From an uncultured Smithella sp. (lineage in GTDB: Bacteria > Desulfobacterota > Syntrophia > Syntrophales > Smithellaceae), in the NCBI GenBank assembly GCA_964443625.1, contig CAYUDM010000008.1:4550-68549 (forward strand): 64,000 nt of DNA. The letters run 5' to 3'. Every line of letters starts with the position of its first letter. The first letter of the stretch is position 1. Below the pieces are notes generated by a model. It searched no databases. It had not been told where the DNA came from and saw only the letters and a list, made by a program, of their open reading frames with translations. The position numbers and the translations under genes are program-made. Shown piece after piece: positions 10,215 through 18,951 of the stretch.

Positions 10215-10763
10215 TTATGCAGCACCGCCTTCGCCCGCCCCCGCTACGAATCCCTTGGAAGGGGGTCCCGTGTCCGCGGGCGTTCCGGCAATCTGGGCCA
10301 GGTAGGCCGCGCCCAGTTTTTTGATGTGGTCGGACACATTGTCGAAATAGTTGAAATGGGCCTGCTCTTCGTCGGTAATGGTTTCAAAAAGTTTCATGCT
10401 GATGCTGTCGCCGTTTTCCCGGCACACCAGCAGAAACTGGTTGTAGGCGTCGATCGTGTCGTCTTCGAGTTTGGCGTCAAACGGAAACACGATGTCGAAT
10501 TTCTGGGCCTTTTGCACTTTGTCGTCCAGATCCGACGTGGGTTCGCCGCCCAGTTCCTTGATGCGTTCGGCAAACATCTCCGCGTGCCGCATCTCATCGA
10601 TGGCGATGAGTTTAACTTTGGCCGCCAGATCGCCGTAGTCCATGTCGTCAAGGTTGTAATGCTGGTTCATGTACTGATGGATCGCGTAGAGCTCCATCGA
10701 CCGGGCCTTGTTTAAAACATCAATGACTTTTTTTCTTCTTCCTTCTTTAGAATTTTGCGCCAT
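10215..10763 (-). CDS. bfr: bacterioferritin
   Basis: Ferroxidase motifs MELYAIHQY, DEMRHAE (heme-ligand Met retained) and DEEQAH. Confidence 0.85.
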   Translation of the reverse strand: MAQNSKEGRRKKVIDVLNKARSMELYAIHQYMNQHYNLDDMDYGDLAAKVKLIAIDEMRHAEMFAERIKELGGEPTSDLDDKVQKAQKFDIVFPFDAKLEDDTIDAYNQFLLVCRENGDSISMKLFETITDEEQAHFNYFDNVSDHIKKLGAAYLAQIAGTPADTGPPSKGFVAGAGEGGAA

Positions 10764-10869
10764 GCCTGTCCTCCTTCCTCAAAACGCTGGAACCTGTTTT
10801 GATCCCGCAGGGCGGATTATCGTCACGCCGCCGGGACTTTGCCAGATTTTTTCCGTATCCGCAGATTTC

Positions 10870-11637
10870 CTATTCACCTTTAAAAACCGGCGGGCGTTTT
10901 TCCAGAAACGCCGTCATGCCTTCGAAGGCGTCATGGCTTTTGCCGAGTTTTTCCGACCAGGCGCGATCGACTTTCAGCCCTTCCTGAACGCCTTTTTCCA
11001 GACCCACGGCCATGCCTTCGAGCGTGGCGCGCACAGCCAAGGGCGGACGGGCGGCCAGAGCTTTGGCAAATGCCAGCGCTTCGCTGAGCAAGTCCGTCGC
11101 GGGAACAACCTTGTCCACAAGCCCCGCGGCCAGAGCCTCGGCAGGGGACAATCTCTTGCTGAACAAAATCATGTCGAGCGCTTTGGATTTACCCACCACA
11201 AGCGGCAGCCTCTGAATTCCGCCCCAGCCCGGCGTAATGCCCAGATTGACTTCCGGACAGCCGATGAGCGCTTTGGGATTGTCGGTCATGAACCGGAAGT
11301 GGCACACGAGCGAAATCTCACAGCCGCCGCCCAGAGCATGTCCGTTGATCGCGGCGATATAGGGCTTCCCGGAGCGCTCGATTTTGTTAAGCACGTCGTT
11401 GCCGTTGGGGCCTTTGGTGATGTTGGCAAGGTCGCTCACATCCATCCCCGCGCAAAAGCCTTTTTCCCCCGCGCCGGTGATGATGATGACGCGCGTGTCT
11501 TTGCTTTGCTCCAGTTCATCGACAGCGCGGTCGAGCTCCTCACGGATGCCCAGATTCACGGAATTCATCGGCGGACGGTTGAGTGTAATCGTGGTGACAA
11601 AATCGCTTGTGGACACCAAAATATTTTCGTATCCCAT
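10870..11637 (-). CDS. enoyl-CoA hydratase/isomerase
   Basis: FCAGMD, AAINGHALGGGCE, PEVNLGITPGWGG (both catalytic Glu present). Confidence 0.93.
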   Translation of the reverse strand: MGYENILVSTSDFVTTITLNRPPMNSVNLGIREELDRAVDELEQSKDTRVIIITGAGEKGFCAGMDVSDLANITKGPNGNDVLNKIERSGKPYIAAINGHALGGGCEISLVCHFRFMTDNPKALIGCPEVNLGITPGWGGIQRLPLVVGKSKALDMILFSKRLSPAEALAAGLVDKVVPATDLLSEALAFAKALAARPPLAVRATLEGMAVGLEKGVQEGLKVDRAWSEKLGKSHDAFEGMTAFLEKRPPVFKGE

Positions 11638-11720
11638 CAGACTTCCTCCCTTCGACGTTGATGTGTTTTCGGATCTTTTTCACGAAAAACCGTGCATCGG
11701 GTTTTCCGCACCTGATTTTT

Positions 11721-13094
11721 TCAGTCTTCGGGGTGTTGATCCCCGTCGTTCTTCTCCTTGATCTTTTTATTGCGCGGCGCCTTCTTTCGCGACGCGGATT
11801 TGTCGTACGTTGAATAACGGTTTCTTCCCTGACCCTTGGCCCGATACATGGCCGCGTCGGCCTTTTTAATGAGGCTGTCAAAGTCCTCTCCATGATCGGG
11901 AAAGACAGACACGCCCACGCTTGCGGTAATGGTCACGGTCCGGTTTTCGAAGGAAAACGGCCGGCGCAGCGCGGTGACAATCTTGGCGGCCAGCTGTTCC
12001 GCGTCGTCCCGGCTTGACAGTGGCGACAGGACCAAGGCAAATTCGTCTCCTCCGTGGCGACCAACGGTGTCGGTGTCGCGAACCAGCGAGAGCAGCCGGT
12101 GCGCCACCTGATTGAGCAGCGCGTCGCCCGCCGCATGCCCCCATTGATCGTTGATGTCCTTGAAATGGTCCAGATCCAGAATCATGATCGCTACTTTCTG
12201 CCCGGAACGGATCGCTCTTTTGATGGTCATAAGCACCCGGTCGCTGAAAAGAATACGGTTGGCCAGCCCGGTCAGCGGATCGTGAAAGGCCTGGCGGCGA
12301 ATAGCTTCTTCCGCCTTGTGACGGGCGGTGATATCGCTGATGATGCCGCGGAATCCCGCAGGCCGGCAAAGCGCGTCGCATACAAGACTGACGGACAGTT
12401 CCACATGGCGGACTTCCCCGTTTTTGTGAAGGACCTCCCATTCCATCCGTTCAAGGGGTTTGCCCGTCTTGAAGACGCCGCTAAAGGCACGAAATGCGAT
12501 GGCGGCATTTTTCTTGTCCACATAGGATTTGTAGTTCATGCCCTGCATTTCGTCTGCGCTGTAGCCGAAGAGTTTCAGGTAAGGCAGATTGAAAATCAGC
12601 AAATTGCCGGCCAGATCGACTTCGTAATAGGCGTCGGCGATGCTGTCGATAATGGTCCGGGAGCGCTCCTCGCTCAGCCGCAGAGCGTCTTCGGCCTGCT
12701 TCTGGCGGGAGATATCCATCTGAATGCCCAGGGTCGCCCGACTGTCTTGATACTCAAACGGCGTCACTGTGCCGACATTCCAGGTAATCCGGCCGTTTTT
12801 CGTCACCAGGCGGTATTCATAAGGCGAGTCCGGTTCGCCGCGCAGCATCGCCCGGACGCTGGCCTCGACAAACGCGCGGTCATCGGGATGAACCAGAAAC
12901 AACGAGGGTTTCCCGACCAACTCGTCGATCCGGTAGCCGGTGTTGTCCTGAAAGCGGAGGTTCGCCCACTGAAACATCTGATTCTGAATAAGAAAAATGC
13001 CGACGGGAGATTTTTCGGCCAACGCCTTAAACAGATCCGTTGCGGCCGCGCCGTCTGCAAAGGGTCCCTTCTTGTCAGGAGTTTTATGAGCCAA
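11721..13094 (-). CDS. PAS-PAS diguanylate cyclase
   Basis: Two PAS/PAC domains, HDPLTGLANR, DLDHFK, RDTD I-site, GGDEF; start reassigned to TTG at 13094 behind a GGAGG RBS. Confidence 0.9.
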   Translation of the reverse strand: MAHKTPDKKGPFADGAAATDLFKALAEKSPVGIFLIQNQMFQWANLRFQDNTGYRIDELVGKPSLFLVHPDDRAFVEASVRAMLRGEPDSPYEYRLVTKNGRITWNVGTVTPFEYQDSRATLGIQMDISRQKQAEDALRLSEERSRTIIDSIADAYYEVDLAGNLLIFNLPYLKLFGYSADEMQGMNYKSYVDKKNAAIAFRAFSGVFKTGKPLERMEWEVLHKNGEVRHVELSVSLVCDALCRPAGFRGIISDITARHKAEEAIRRQAFHDPLTGLANRILFSDRVLMTIKRAIRSGQKVAIMILDLDHFKDINDQWGHAAGDALLNQVAHRLLSLVRDTDTVGRHGGDEFALVLSPLSSRDDAEQLAAKIVTALRRPFSFENRTVTITASVGVSVFPDHGEDFDSLIKKADAAMYRAKGQGRNRYSTYDKSASRKKAPRNKKIKEKNDGDQHPED

Positions 13095-13180
13095 AGCGCC
13101 TCCCGGGCAAAACCATGATATTTTCGACTGACCGCTGATCCGGCTGAATTTGTGTGGCCTCTCCAAAAAGATGAGTCGAG

Positions 13181-13210
13181 AGTATATTCAAGGTGCGGCG
13201 GATGTGTCAA
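13181..13210 (-). promoter_or_regulatory. sigma70-type promoter for the diguanylate cyclase
   Basis: TTGACA-N18-TATACT on the minus strand. Confidence 0.6.
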
Positions 13211-13293
13211 GTATCATTCAAAATCCCTCCGCCACGCAGACAACCTCTCGACGGACGGGCAAAACCCCTTTATCGATTCGATCCAGAAACTCA

Positions 13294-13322
13294 TTGACAT
13301 CGGCAGATCAATTTCTTATAAT
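13294..13322 (+). promoter_or_regulatory. consensus sigma70 promoter for the USP gene
   Basis: Exact TTGACA-N17-TATAAT. Confidence 0.8.
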
Positions 13323-13386
13323 CGCGCGCGGTTGAGGGAATATCTGTTCGGACAATAAAAAAATCAGAATATGGGGGATAAATTTC

Positions 13387-13782
13387 ATGAAGATACTGGT
13401 CGCATACGTCGGCGGATTGGATGTGGATAAAGCGGTTCTGGAAGTGGCAAAAGCTCACGCCAAGGCATTCGGCGCAACGTTGTACGTTGCCAGTTCGATG
13501 GAAAAGGTTTCCGAGCGTGAAAGAACCGGCCTGGAAAAAACGGAAAAACAGCTGGCCTATGTAAAAGAATCGCTTGAAGCGGAAGGCATCGCCTGTGAAA
13601 CCCATGTCCTGGTGCGCGGCTTGACACCCGGCGAAGATATCGTCGATTTCGCCAACGACAAGCAGGTTGACGAAATCATCATCGGCATTGAAAAGAAATC
13701 CAAAGTCGGGAAACTTCTTTTCGGTTCCAACGCGCAGTATATTATTCTCGAATCGTCCTGCCCGGTTGTTGCCGTTAAATAA
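13387..13782 (+). CDS. universal stress protein
   Basis: MKILVAY...D...IIIG...LLFGSNAQYIILESSCPVVAVK. Confidence 0.93.
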   Translation: MKILVAYVGGLDVDKAVLEVAKAHAKAFGATLYVASSMEKVSERERTGLEKTEKQLAYVKESLEAEGIACETHVLVRGLTPGEDIVDFANDKQVDEIIIGIEKKSKVGKLLFGSNAQYIILESSCPVVAVK

Positions 13783-13805
13783 GCAATCCGTCTCCATAAA
13801 AAATC

Positions 13806-13845
13806 AAGGCCTGCTTTCCATCGAAATGGGAAGCAGGCCTTTTTT
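13806..13845. terminator. intrinsic terminator (bidirectional)
   Basis: aaggcctgcttt-ccat-cgaa-atgg-gaagcaggcc followed by a T tract. Confidence 0.85.
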
Positions 13846-13865
13846 ATGGGTTGCCTGGTTGGATA

Positions 13866-15566
13866 CTATTTCTTTCTTTTGGCCAGTTCCTCGGCGCGCA
13901 GTTCCTTTCGCAGAACCTTGCCGACGGTCGATTTGGGCAGCTCCTTGCGGAATTCGACTTCCGAAGGCAGCTTGTAGGTGGCAAGCTTTGTCTTGCCGTA
14001 TTCAACCATCTCTTCGGCCGTCGCCGTTTCGCCTTCCTTCAAAACGAGGAACAGCTTGATATTCTCTCCGCGTTTCGGGTCGGGAATGCCGATAGCGCAG
14101 GCTTCCATCACTTTGGGATGCTCATAGTACACTTCATCGACGTCGCGCGGATAGACGTTGAACCCGCCGGTAATGATCATGTCCTTCTTGCGATCCACAA
14201 TGTAGAAGTAGCCGTCTTCGTCCATCGTGGCGATATCGCCCGTATAGCACCACCCGTCGCGCAGCAGCATGGCGGTCTCTTCGGGTTTGTTCAGATAGCC
14301 CTTGGTTACCTGAGGTCCGCGGATGATCATTTCACCCGGCTCTCCGATGGGCATATCCTTCTCGCCTTTGTCCAGATCCACGATCCGGCACTCCGTATCG
14401 GAAACGGGCAGACCGATCGACCCGATTTTCCGCACGCCGCCGAAGGGGTTGGTATGCGTCACGGGGGTCGTTTCCGTCATGCCGAATCCTTCCACGATCA
14501 CCGCGCCGGTGGCTTTTTCAAAGTCATGGATGACTTCGACAGGCAGCGGCGCACTGCCGGAGAAGAATCCCTTGAAGCAGGTCACATCGGTGTTTTTGAA
14601 ATCGGGGTGGTTGAGAATGCCGATGTACATTGTGGGAACCAAAGCCCCGAAGGTCGGCTTATACTTCTTAATGGCCTGCAAGAGGGGATCGGGCTGGGGT
14701 TTCGGAATCAGAATATCGCCCCACCCTTTGTAAACGGACAGGTTCATCGCGCAGGTCATGCCGAAGACATGGAAGAAAGGCAGCGCGCCCAAGTTATTGC
14801 CGTGAATGTTGGCAAACATTGGAAACCAGGCATCGCACTGCTGGACCTGCTTGCTGATGTTGCCGTGCGTCAAAATGACACCTTTGGAAACACCGGTCGT
14901 GCCGCCCGTATACTGATACATGGCCGTATCGTCGAAGGTCAGTTTGGCTTTCGGCGGATTGGGACCGTTTTTGGCAATGCAATCTTTCCAGTCATAGACA
15001 TCATTGGCCTGTTTTCTCGGAACGGAAGGCAGAAGGCCCTTTTTCTTTCCGACCAACGGAAATAACAGATTGACCGGGAACGGCAGATAGTCGCCGATCG
15101 AGGAGATCACGATTTGTTTGACTTTGGTTTTGGGTCGAAGATCGATCATCCGGTTGGCCAGAAGATCGATGGTGACTAAAACTTTGGACCCCGAGTCGTT
15201 GAGCTGATGCTCAAGTTCGCGGTCGGAGTAAGTGGGATTGTTGAGAACGACGATGGCGCCCAGGCGGTGAATCGCGTAGTAGGCCACCACGCACTGAATC
15301 ATGTTGGGCAGGATGATCGCAACGGCATCACCCTTTTTAATGCCGAAGCCGGCCAGACAGGTCGCGAAACGGTCGACCATCTCTTTGAGCGCCTTGTAGG
15401 ACATTTTGTAGCCCTGGAAATTGAGCGCCATCCGATCAGGATATTTACTGGCGCTTCGATCCAGAAAATCGGGCATACAAATTTCTTCGTACTGGATTTT
15501 TTCAGGAACACCTTTGTCGTAAGATTTTAACCACGGTTTTGACGCATAAGTAACTTCTCCAGCCAT
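13866..15566 (-). CDS. long-chain fatty acid--CoA ligase
   Basis: YTGGTTGVSKG, EGFGMTE, TGDIATMDEDGY, RKKDMII, PKSTVGK. Confidence 0.95.
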   Translation of the reverse strand: MAGEVTYASKPWLKSYDKGVPEKIQYEEICMPDFLDRSASKYPDRMALNFQGYKMSYKALKEMVDRFATCLAGFGIKKGDAVAIILPNMIQCVVAYYAIHRLGAIVVLNNPTYSDRELEHQLNDSGSKVLVTIDLLANRMIDLRPKTKVKQIVISSIGDYLPFPVNLLFPLVGKKKGLLPSVPRKQANDVYDWKDCIAKNGPNPPKAKLTFDDTAMYQYTGGTTGVSKGVILTHGNISKQVQQCDAWFPMFANIHGNNLGALPFFHVFGMTCAMNLSVYKGWGDILIPKPQPDPLLQAIKKYKPTFGALVPTMYIGILNHPDFKNTDVTCFKGFFSGSAPLPVEVIHDFEKATGAVIVEGFGMTETTPVTHTNPFGGVRKIGSIGLPVSDTECRIVDLDKGEKDMPIGEPGEMIIRGPQVTKGYLNKPEETAMLLRDGWCYTGDIATMDEDGYFYIVDRKKDMIITGGFNVYPRDVDEVYYEHPKVMEACAIGIPDPKRGENIKLFLVLKEGETATAEEMVEYGKTKLATYKLPSEVEFRKELPKSTVGKVLRKELRAEELAKRKK

Positions 15567-15933
15567 TGTAACTTCCCTCCTATTTTGGTTAAGTCGATGG
15601 AAATGAAGAAACTATGTCCTGCCGTACCTCATGGTAATGATGCTGCCTGTAAGATGAGCCCTCCTTTGTGAAAGTGAATTTCGACGGCGCGGATGTTGAA
15701 ATACTTCCGGCTGAACGACCGCAGCCCTTTTACCAATTTTTCCCCTGAAATTCCACAAAATTATCCTTCCGGCAGCCACATTCCCGATACAACTGTTTTT
15801 TCAAGTGTTTAAGCGAGAGATGGAGCCGCCCGAACGGATGGCGGGAGGCGAGCACCCAAACGCCAGGCGCTTGACAATCCGGCCTTTTTGGAGATAAGGA
15901 CAGGCAAAAAGTACGACCACCCACGGACATTCA

Positions 15934-16581
15934 ATGACCGCCTTTGACATTCATATTCATACCCGCCGTTATTCCGGCTGTTCATTTATTCAGTATGAAG
16001 ACATCATCGCCCAGGCTCTTGCGGCCGGTCTTTCGGGTTTTGCGCTCACCGAACACGGCATGCGCTGGCCGGATGAAGAAATTGAAATCCTCCGTCGTCA
16101 AGCCGCGGCGAGGGACCTTGTCGTCATCAACGGCCAGGAAATTCACGCCCGGGACGCCCGGGGAAAATCTGAAGGGGAATATCTGATTTTCGGAGTCCAC
16201 CGAAGCGTTACCGAAACTTTAAGCGCCCGGGAAATGGCGAAAACAGTCCATGAAGAAGGCGGCATCCTGATTGCCGCGCATCCCTATAAACTATCGCGCG
16301 GCGGCCGGTCTCATTATTACGGAGCGGGCGATCTCATCTACAGCCTCGAACTCGACGGCATCGAATATTGCCATCCCGACCACAATGAAGCGGCGATGAA
16401 GAAAGTCCGGCGCGCGATGGAGAAAACCGGACTGCCCGGCACGGGCGGCAGTGACGCGCACAAAATTCTCAACATCGGCTCGTGTGTCACAATCTTCGAT
16501 CATCCGGTGACCTGTGAAGAGGATTTCGTCCGAGAAATCCGCGCCGGACGAATCCGGGCGGAGAGAAGGAATCAGGATTGA
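15934..16581 (+). CDS. PHP domain metal-dependent phosphoesterase
   Basis: DIHIHT, LTEH, AAHPY, GGSDAH. Confidence 0.9.
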   Translation: MTAFDIHIHTRRYSGCSFIQYEDIIAQALAAGLSGFALTEHGMRWPDEEIEILRRQAAARDLVVINGQEIHARDARGKSEGEYLIFGVHRSVTETLSAREMAKTVHEEGGILIAAHPYKLSRGGRSHYYGAGDLIYSLELDGIEYCHPDHNEAAMKKVRRAMEKTGLPGTGGSDAHKILNIGSCVTIFDHPVTCEEDFVREIRAGRIRAERRNQD

Positions 16582-16807
16582 GGCTACAAGGTACAAGGCT
16601 AAAGGCTAAAGGCCAAAGGCACAAGTCCAGGGGCGATGGGTGATAGGAGGCAAAAAGCGCAGCTCGTGGATGGTGGATCGTTTGCAGGGGACGGTCGCGA
16701 CCGTTCCCTGCAAGTGTAATGTTGCTGCGCTAAACCTTTATCTTCGTGCCTTGATCCTTGATCCTTTGGCCTTTAGCCCTGCCCCTTTTGCCTTGTCCCT
16801 TGCACCT
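16581..16807. repeat. composite palindromic element: inverted AAGGCWM heptamer arrays around a 32-bp REP-like palindrome
   Basis: Left arm aaggtac/aaggcta/aaggcta/aaggcca/aaggcac; inner gcgcagc...gctgcgc; core ttgcaggggacggtcgcgaccgttccctgcaa (16682-16713); right arm gtgcctt/gatcctt/tggcctt... Confidence 0.8.
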
Positions 16808-16812
16808 GTTTT

Positions 16813-17685
16813 CTATTTCTGATGCACAAGCCGCATTCCCGGATGCTCAACGTCAAAAAAGGGAATATTGTTGCCGCCCAGGCTTCCGATAAAAGCGGTC
16901 CGGCGATCCTTTCCGCCGAAACAAATATTGGCCGGTCGCCGGATGACCGCCCCTTCGGGATCTTCGACCACGATCTGTAAGCGTCCCTGCGGATCGATAA
17001 ACCCCACGGCATTGGCAACCGGAAACGTCACCCAGAGATTTCCCGCTTCATCAAAGGCGATACCGTCGGGAAATCCCAACCGGCCCAATGTTTCGGGACC
17101 GTAAACCTCTTTGGGTCCCGCCGTATTGCCTTCGAGGATTTCAAAACGCAGCACCCGACGCTGCATGGTTTCGGCCACATAAACATATTCTTCTTTGGCA
17201 TCCACCGCCACGCCGTTGGCAAAGTAAATGCCGTCGGCAACGATTTTCGGCGCGGCGCCCGGCGCGACCACAACCAGGCAGCCGTCATCAACGGGTCTTT
17301 GCAGGGCAGCATCGACATCGGGATTGTCCGTGGAATTGGACACCCACAGCCGCCCTGCAAAATCAAAAAACGGAAAGTTGGGTGTCGGCATTTTCCGGCC
17401 CTGCGCCTCGGTTAATAGCACGGTATGCGCGCCGTCAGGTGAAACGGACTGAACTTCGCCGTTGCCGATATTGGCCACGATGCAGTTTTGCCGGGGATCA
17501 ACACAGAGGCCGTTGGGAACACCGCCGATTTTTCCGAGAAACGCCGTCGCACCGTCAGGGTCAATGTGCGCCACGCACCCGCGGGCGTCCGCTGCATAAA
17601 GGCTTCCATCATCGAGCGCCATCACGCCTTCCGGCCGGAGCAGTCCGGCGCCGACCGTTCGTACTGCGCTTAAATCAATTTTCAT
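16813..17685 (-). CDS. SMP-30/gluconolactonase/LRE family protein
   Basis: RPEGV, PNG, FANGVA, FPDGIAFDEAGNLWV, PANICFGG; start at MKIDLS. Confidence 0.9.
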   Translation of the reverse strand: MKIDLSAVRTVGAGLLRPEGVMALDDGSLYAADARGCVAHIDPDGATAFLGKIGGVPNGLCVDPRQNCIVANIGNGEVQSVSPDGAHTVLLTEAQGRKMPTPNFPFFDFAGRLWVSNSTDNPDVDAALQRPVDDGCLVVVAPGAAPKIVADGIYFANGVAVDAKEEYVYVAETMQRRVLRFEILEGNTAGPKEVYGPETLGRLGFPDGIAFDEAGNLWVTFPVANAVGFIDPQGRLQIVVEDPEGAVIRRPANICFGGKDRRTAFIGSLGGNNIPFFDVEHPGMRLVHQK

Positions 17686-17743
17686 GACCCCTCCTGAAAA
17701 AAAAATAAATAGTCGATAGTCGCGCGGCCGACAGACGCCGAAG

Positions 17744-18856
17744 CTATTCCCGTTCCTCCAGCACAACACAGTGAAGCGGCACCCCCCGATGCAGCGCTTC
17801 CAGGCACTTGTTACACGAGACGCATTTCGGTTTTTTTCGGGGATCGTGTCGCCAGGTGTTGATGAGATCCGGCTCGGCAATCAGAGGTCGGCACAAAGCG
17901 ACGAAATCCGCATGCCCACCCGCGATGATATTTTCCATCATCTCAAACGACCGGAAACCGCCCACGGCGAGAACAGGAACCTTCACACGTTTTTTGATCT
18001 CGCAGGCCCAGTTAAGGAAATATCCTTCACGCAAAGGTTTGTTGAGCCGGGTTTTATATTCCGTCCCCTCATAGCTTTCTCCCCGAACGCCGGAACTGAT
18101 CTCAAGGGCGTCATATCCGGTCTGTGCCAGCATTTTTGCCGCTTTCACGCCGTCGGTCAGCGAAAGGCCTCCGTCAAAGCCGTCCTCCACGCCCAGCTTG
18201 ATAAAGAGCGGATAGTCCTCACCCGCTTTCCGCCGCATGGCGCTATAGACTTCACGGTGCAGACGCAGCCGGTTGTCTAAAGACCCGCCCCAACGGTCGT
18301 CTCGTCGGTTGGTGAAAGGCGAAAGAAACTGGGAAAACAAATAGCCGTGTGCGCCGTGGATCTGAACCGCATCGAAACCGGCCGCGCGGGCTCTTCGCGC
18401 CGCCTGACCGAAGGCGTCCACCACGTCCATAATTTCATCTTGAGTGATTTCACGGTAGCCGCCCTTATAGTAGGGGTCCTGCGCGATCACGGAAGGCGCC
18501 ATCGGAAGCTGCTTGCGGGTTTTGACAAACCGCGCCTCACGTCCGCCGTGGTAGAGTTGAACGGCGATTTTCGCGCCGCTTTCGTGCGCCGCGCGGGTGA
18601 GCCTTTTGAGTCCATCAATCATCGTGTCATCCGCGATGGAATTCATGAAAGACGACACCTGACCTGAAGGATGGACATACATGATGGCGGAAATAATCAA
18701 TCCCACGCCGCCTTGAGCCAGCGCGGAGACGAGTTGAATCTGGCGGTCGGTAACCATCCCCGTGGCGTCCGACAGGCCATCGTAGGTGGCCGATCGGACG
18801 AACCGGTTGGGCAGATGCATCGCGGCGATTCTGCCCGGCTCATAAACACTGTCCAT
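17744..18856 (-). CDS. NADH:flavin oxidoreductase (old yellow enzyme family)
   Basis: NRFVRSAT, QLYHGG, QIHGAHGYLFSQFLSP, WGGSLDNR, C-terminal CVSCNKC. Confidence 0.92.
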   Translation of the reverse strand: MDSVYEPGRIAAMHLPNRFVRSATYDGLSDATGMVTDRQIQLVSALAQGGVGLIISAIMYVHPSGQVSSFMNSIADDTMIDGLKRLTRAAHESGAKIAVQLYHGGREARFVKTRKQLPMAPSVIAQDPYYKGGYREITQDEIMDVVDAFGQAARRARAAGFDAVQIHGAHGYLFSQFLSPFTNRRDDRWGGSLDNRLRLHREVYSAMRRKAGEDYPLFIKLGVEDGFDGGLSLTDGVKAAKMLAQTGYDALEISSGVRGESYEGTEYKTRLNKPLREGYFLNWACEIKKRVKVPVLAVGGFRSFEMMENIIAGGHADFVALCRPLIAEPDLINTWRHDPRKKPKCVSCNKCLEALHRGVPLHCVVLEERE

Positions 18857-18951
18857 GATCCCCTCTGTCGTTCTTCCTCGATGCGCGGCCATGTCCGCTT
18901 TACGCTTCAGTGCGCTCATTTACCAGATCAAGGCATTTTTATGAAGTTTTT

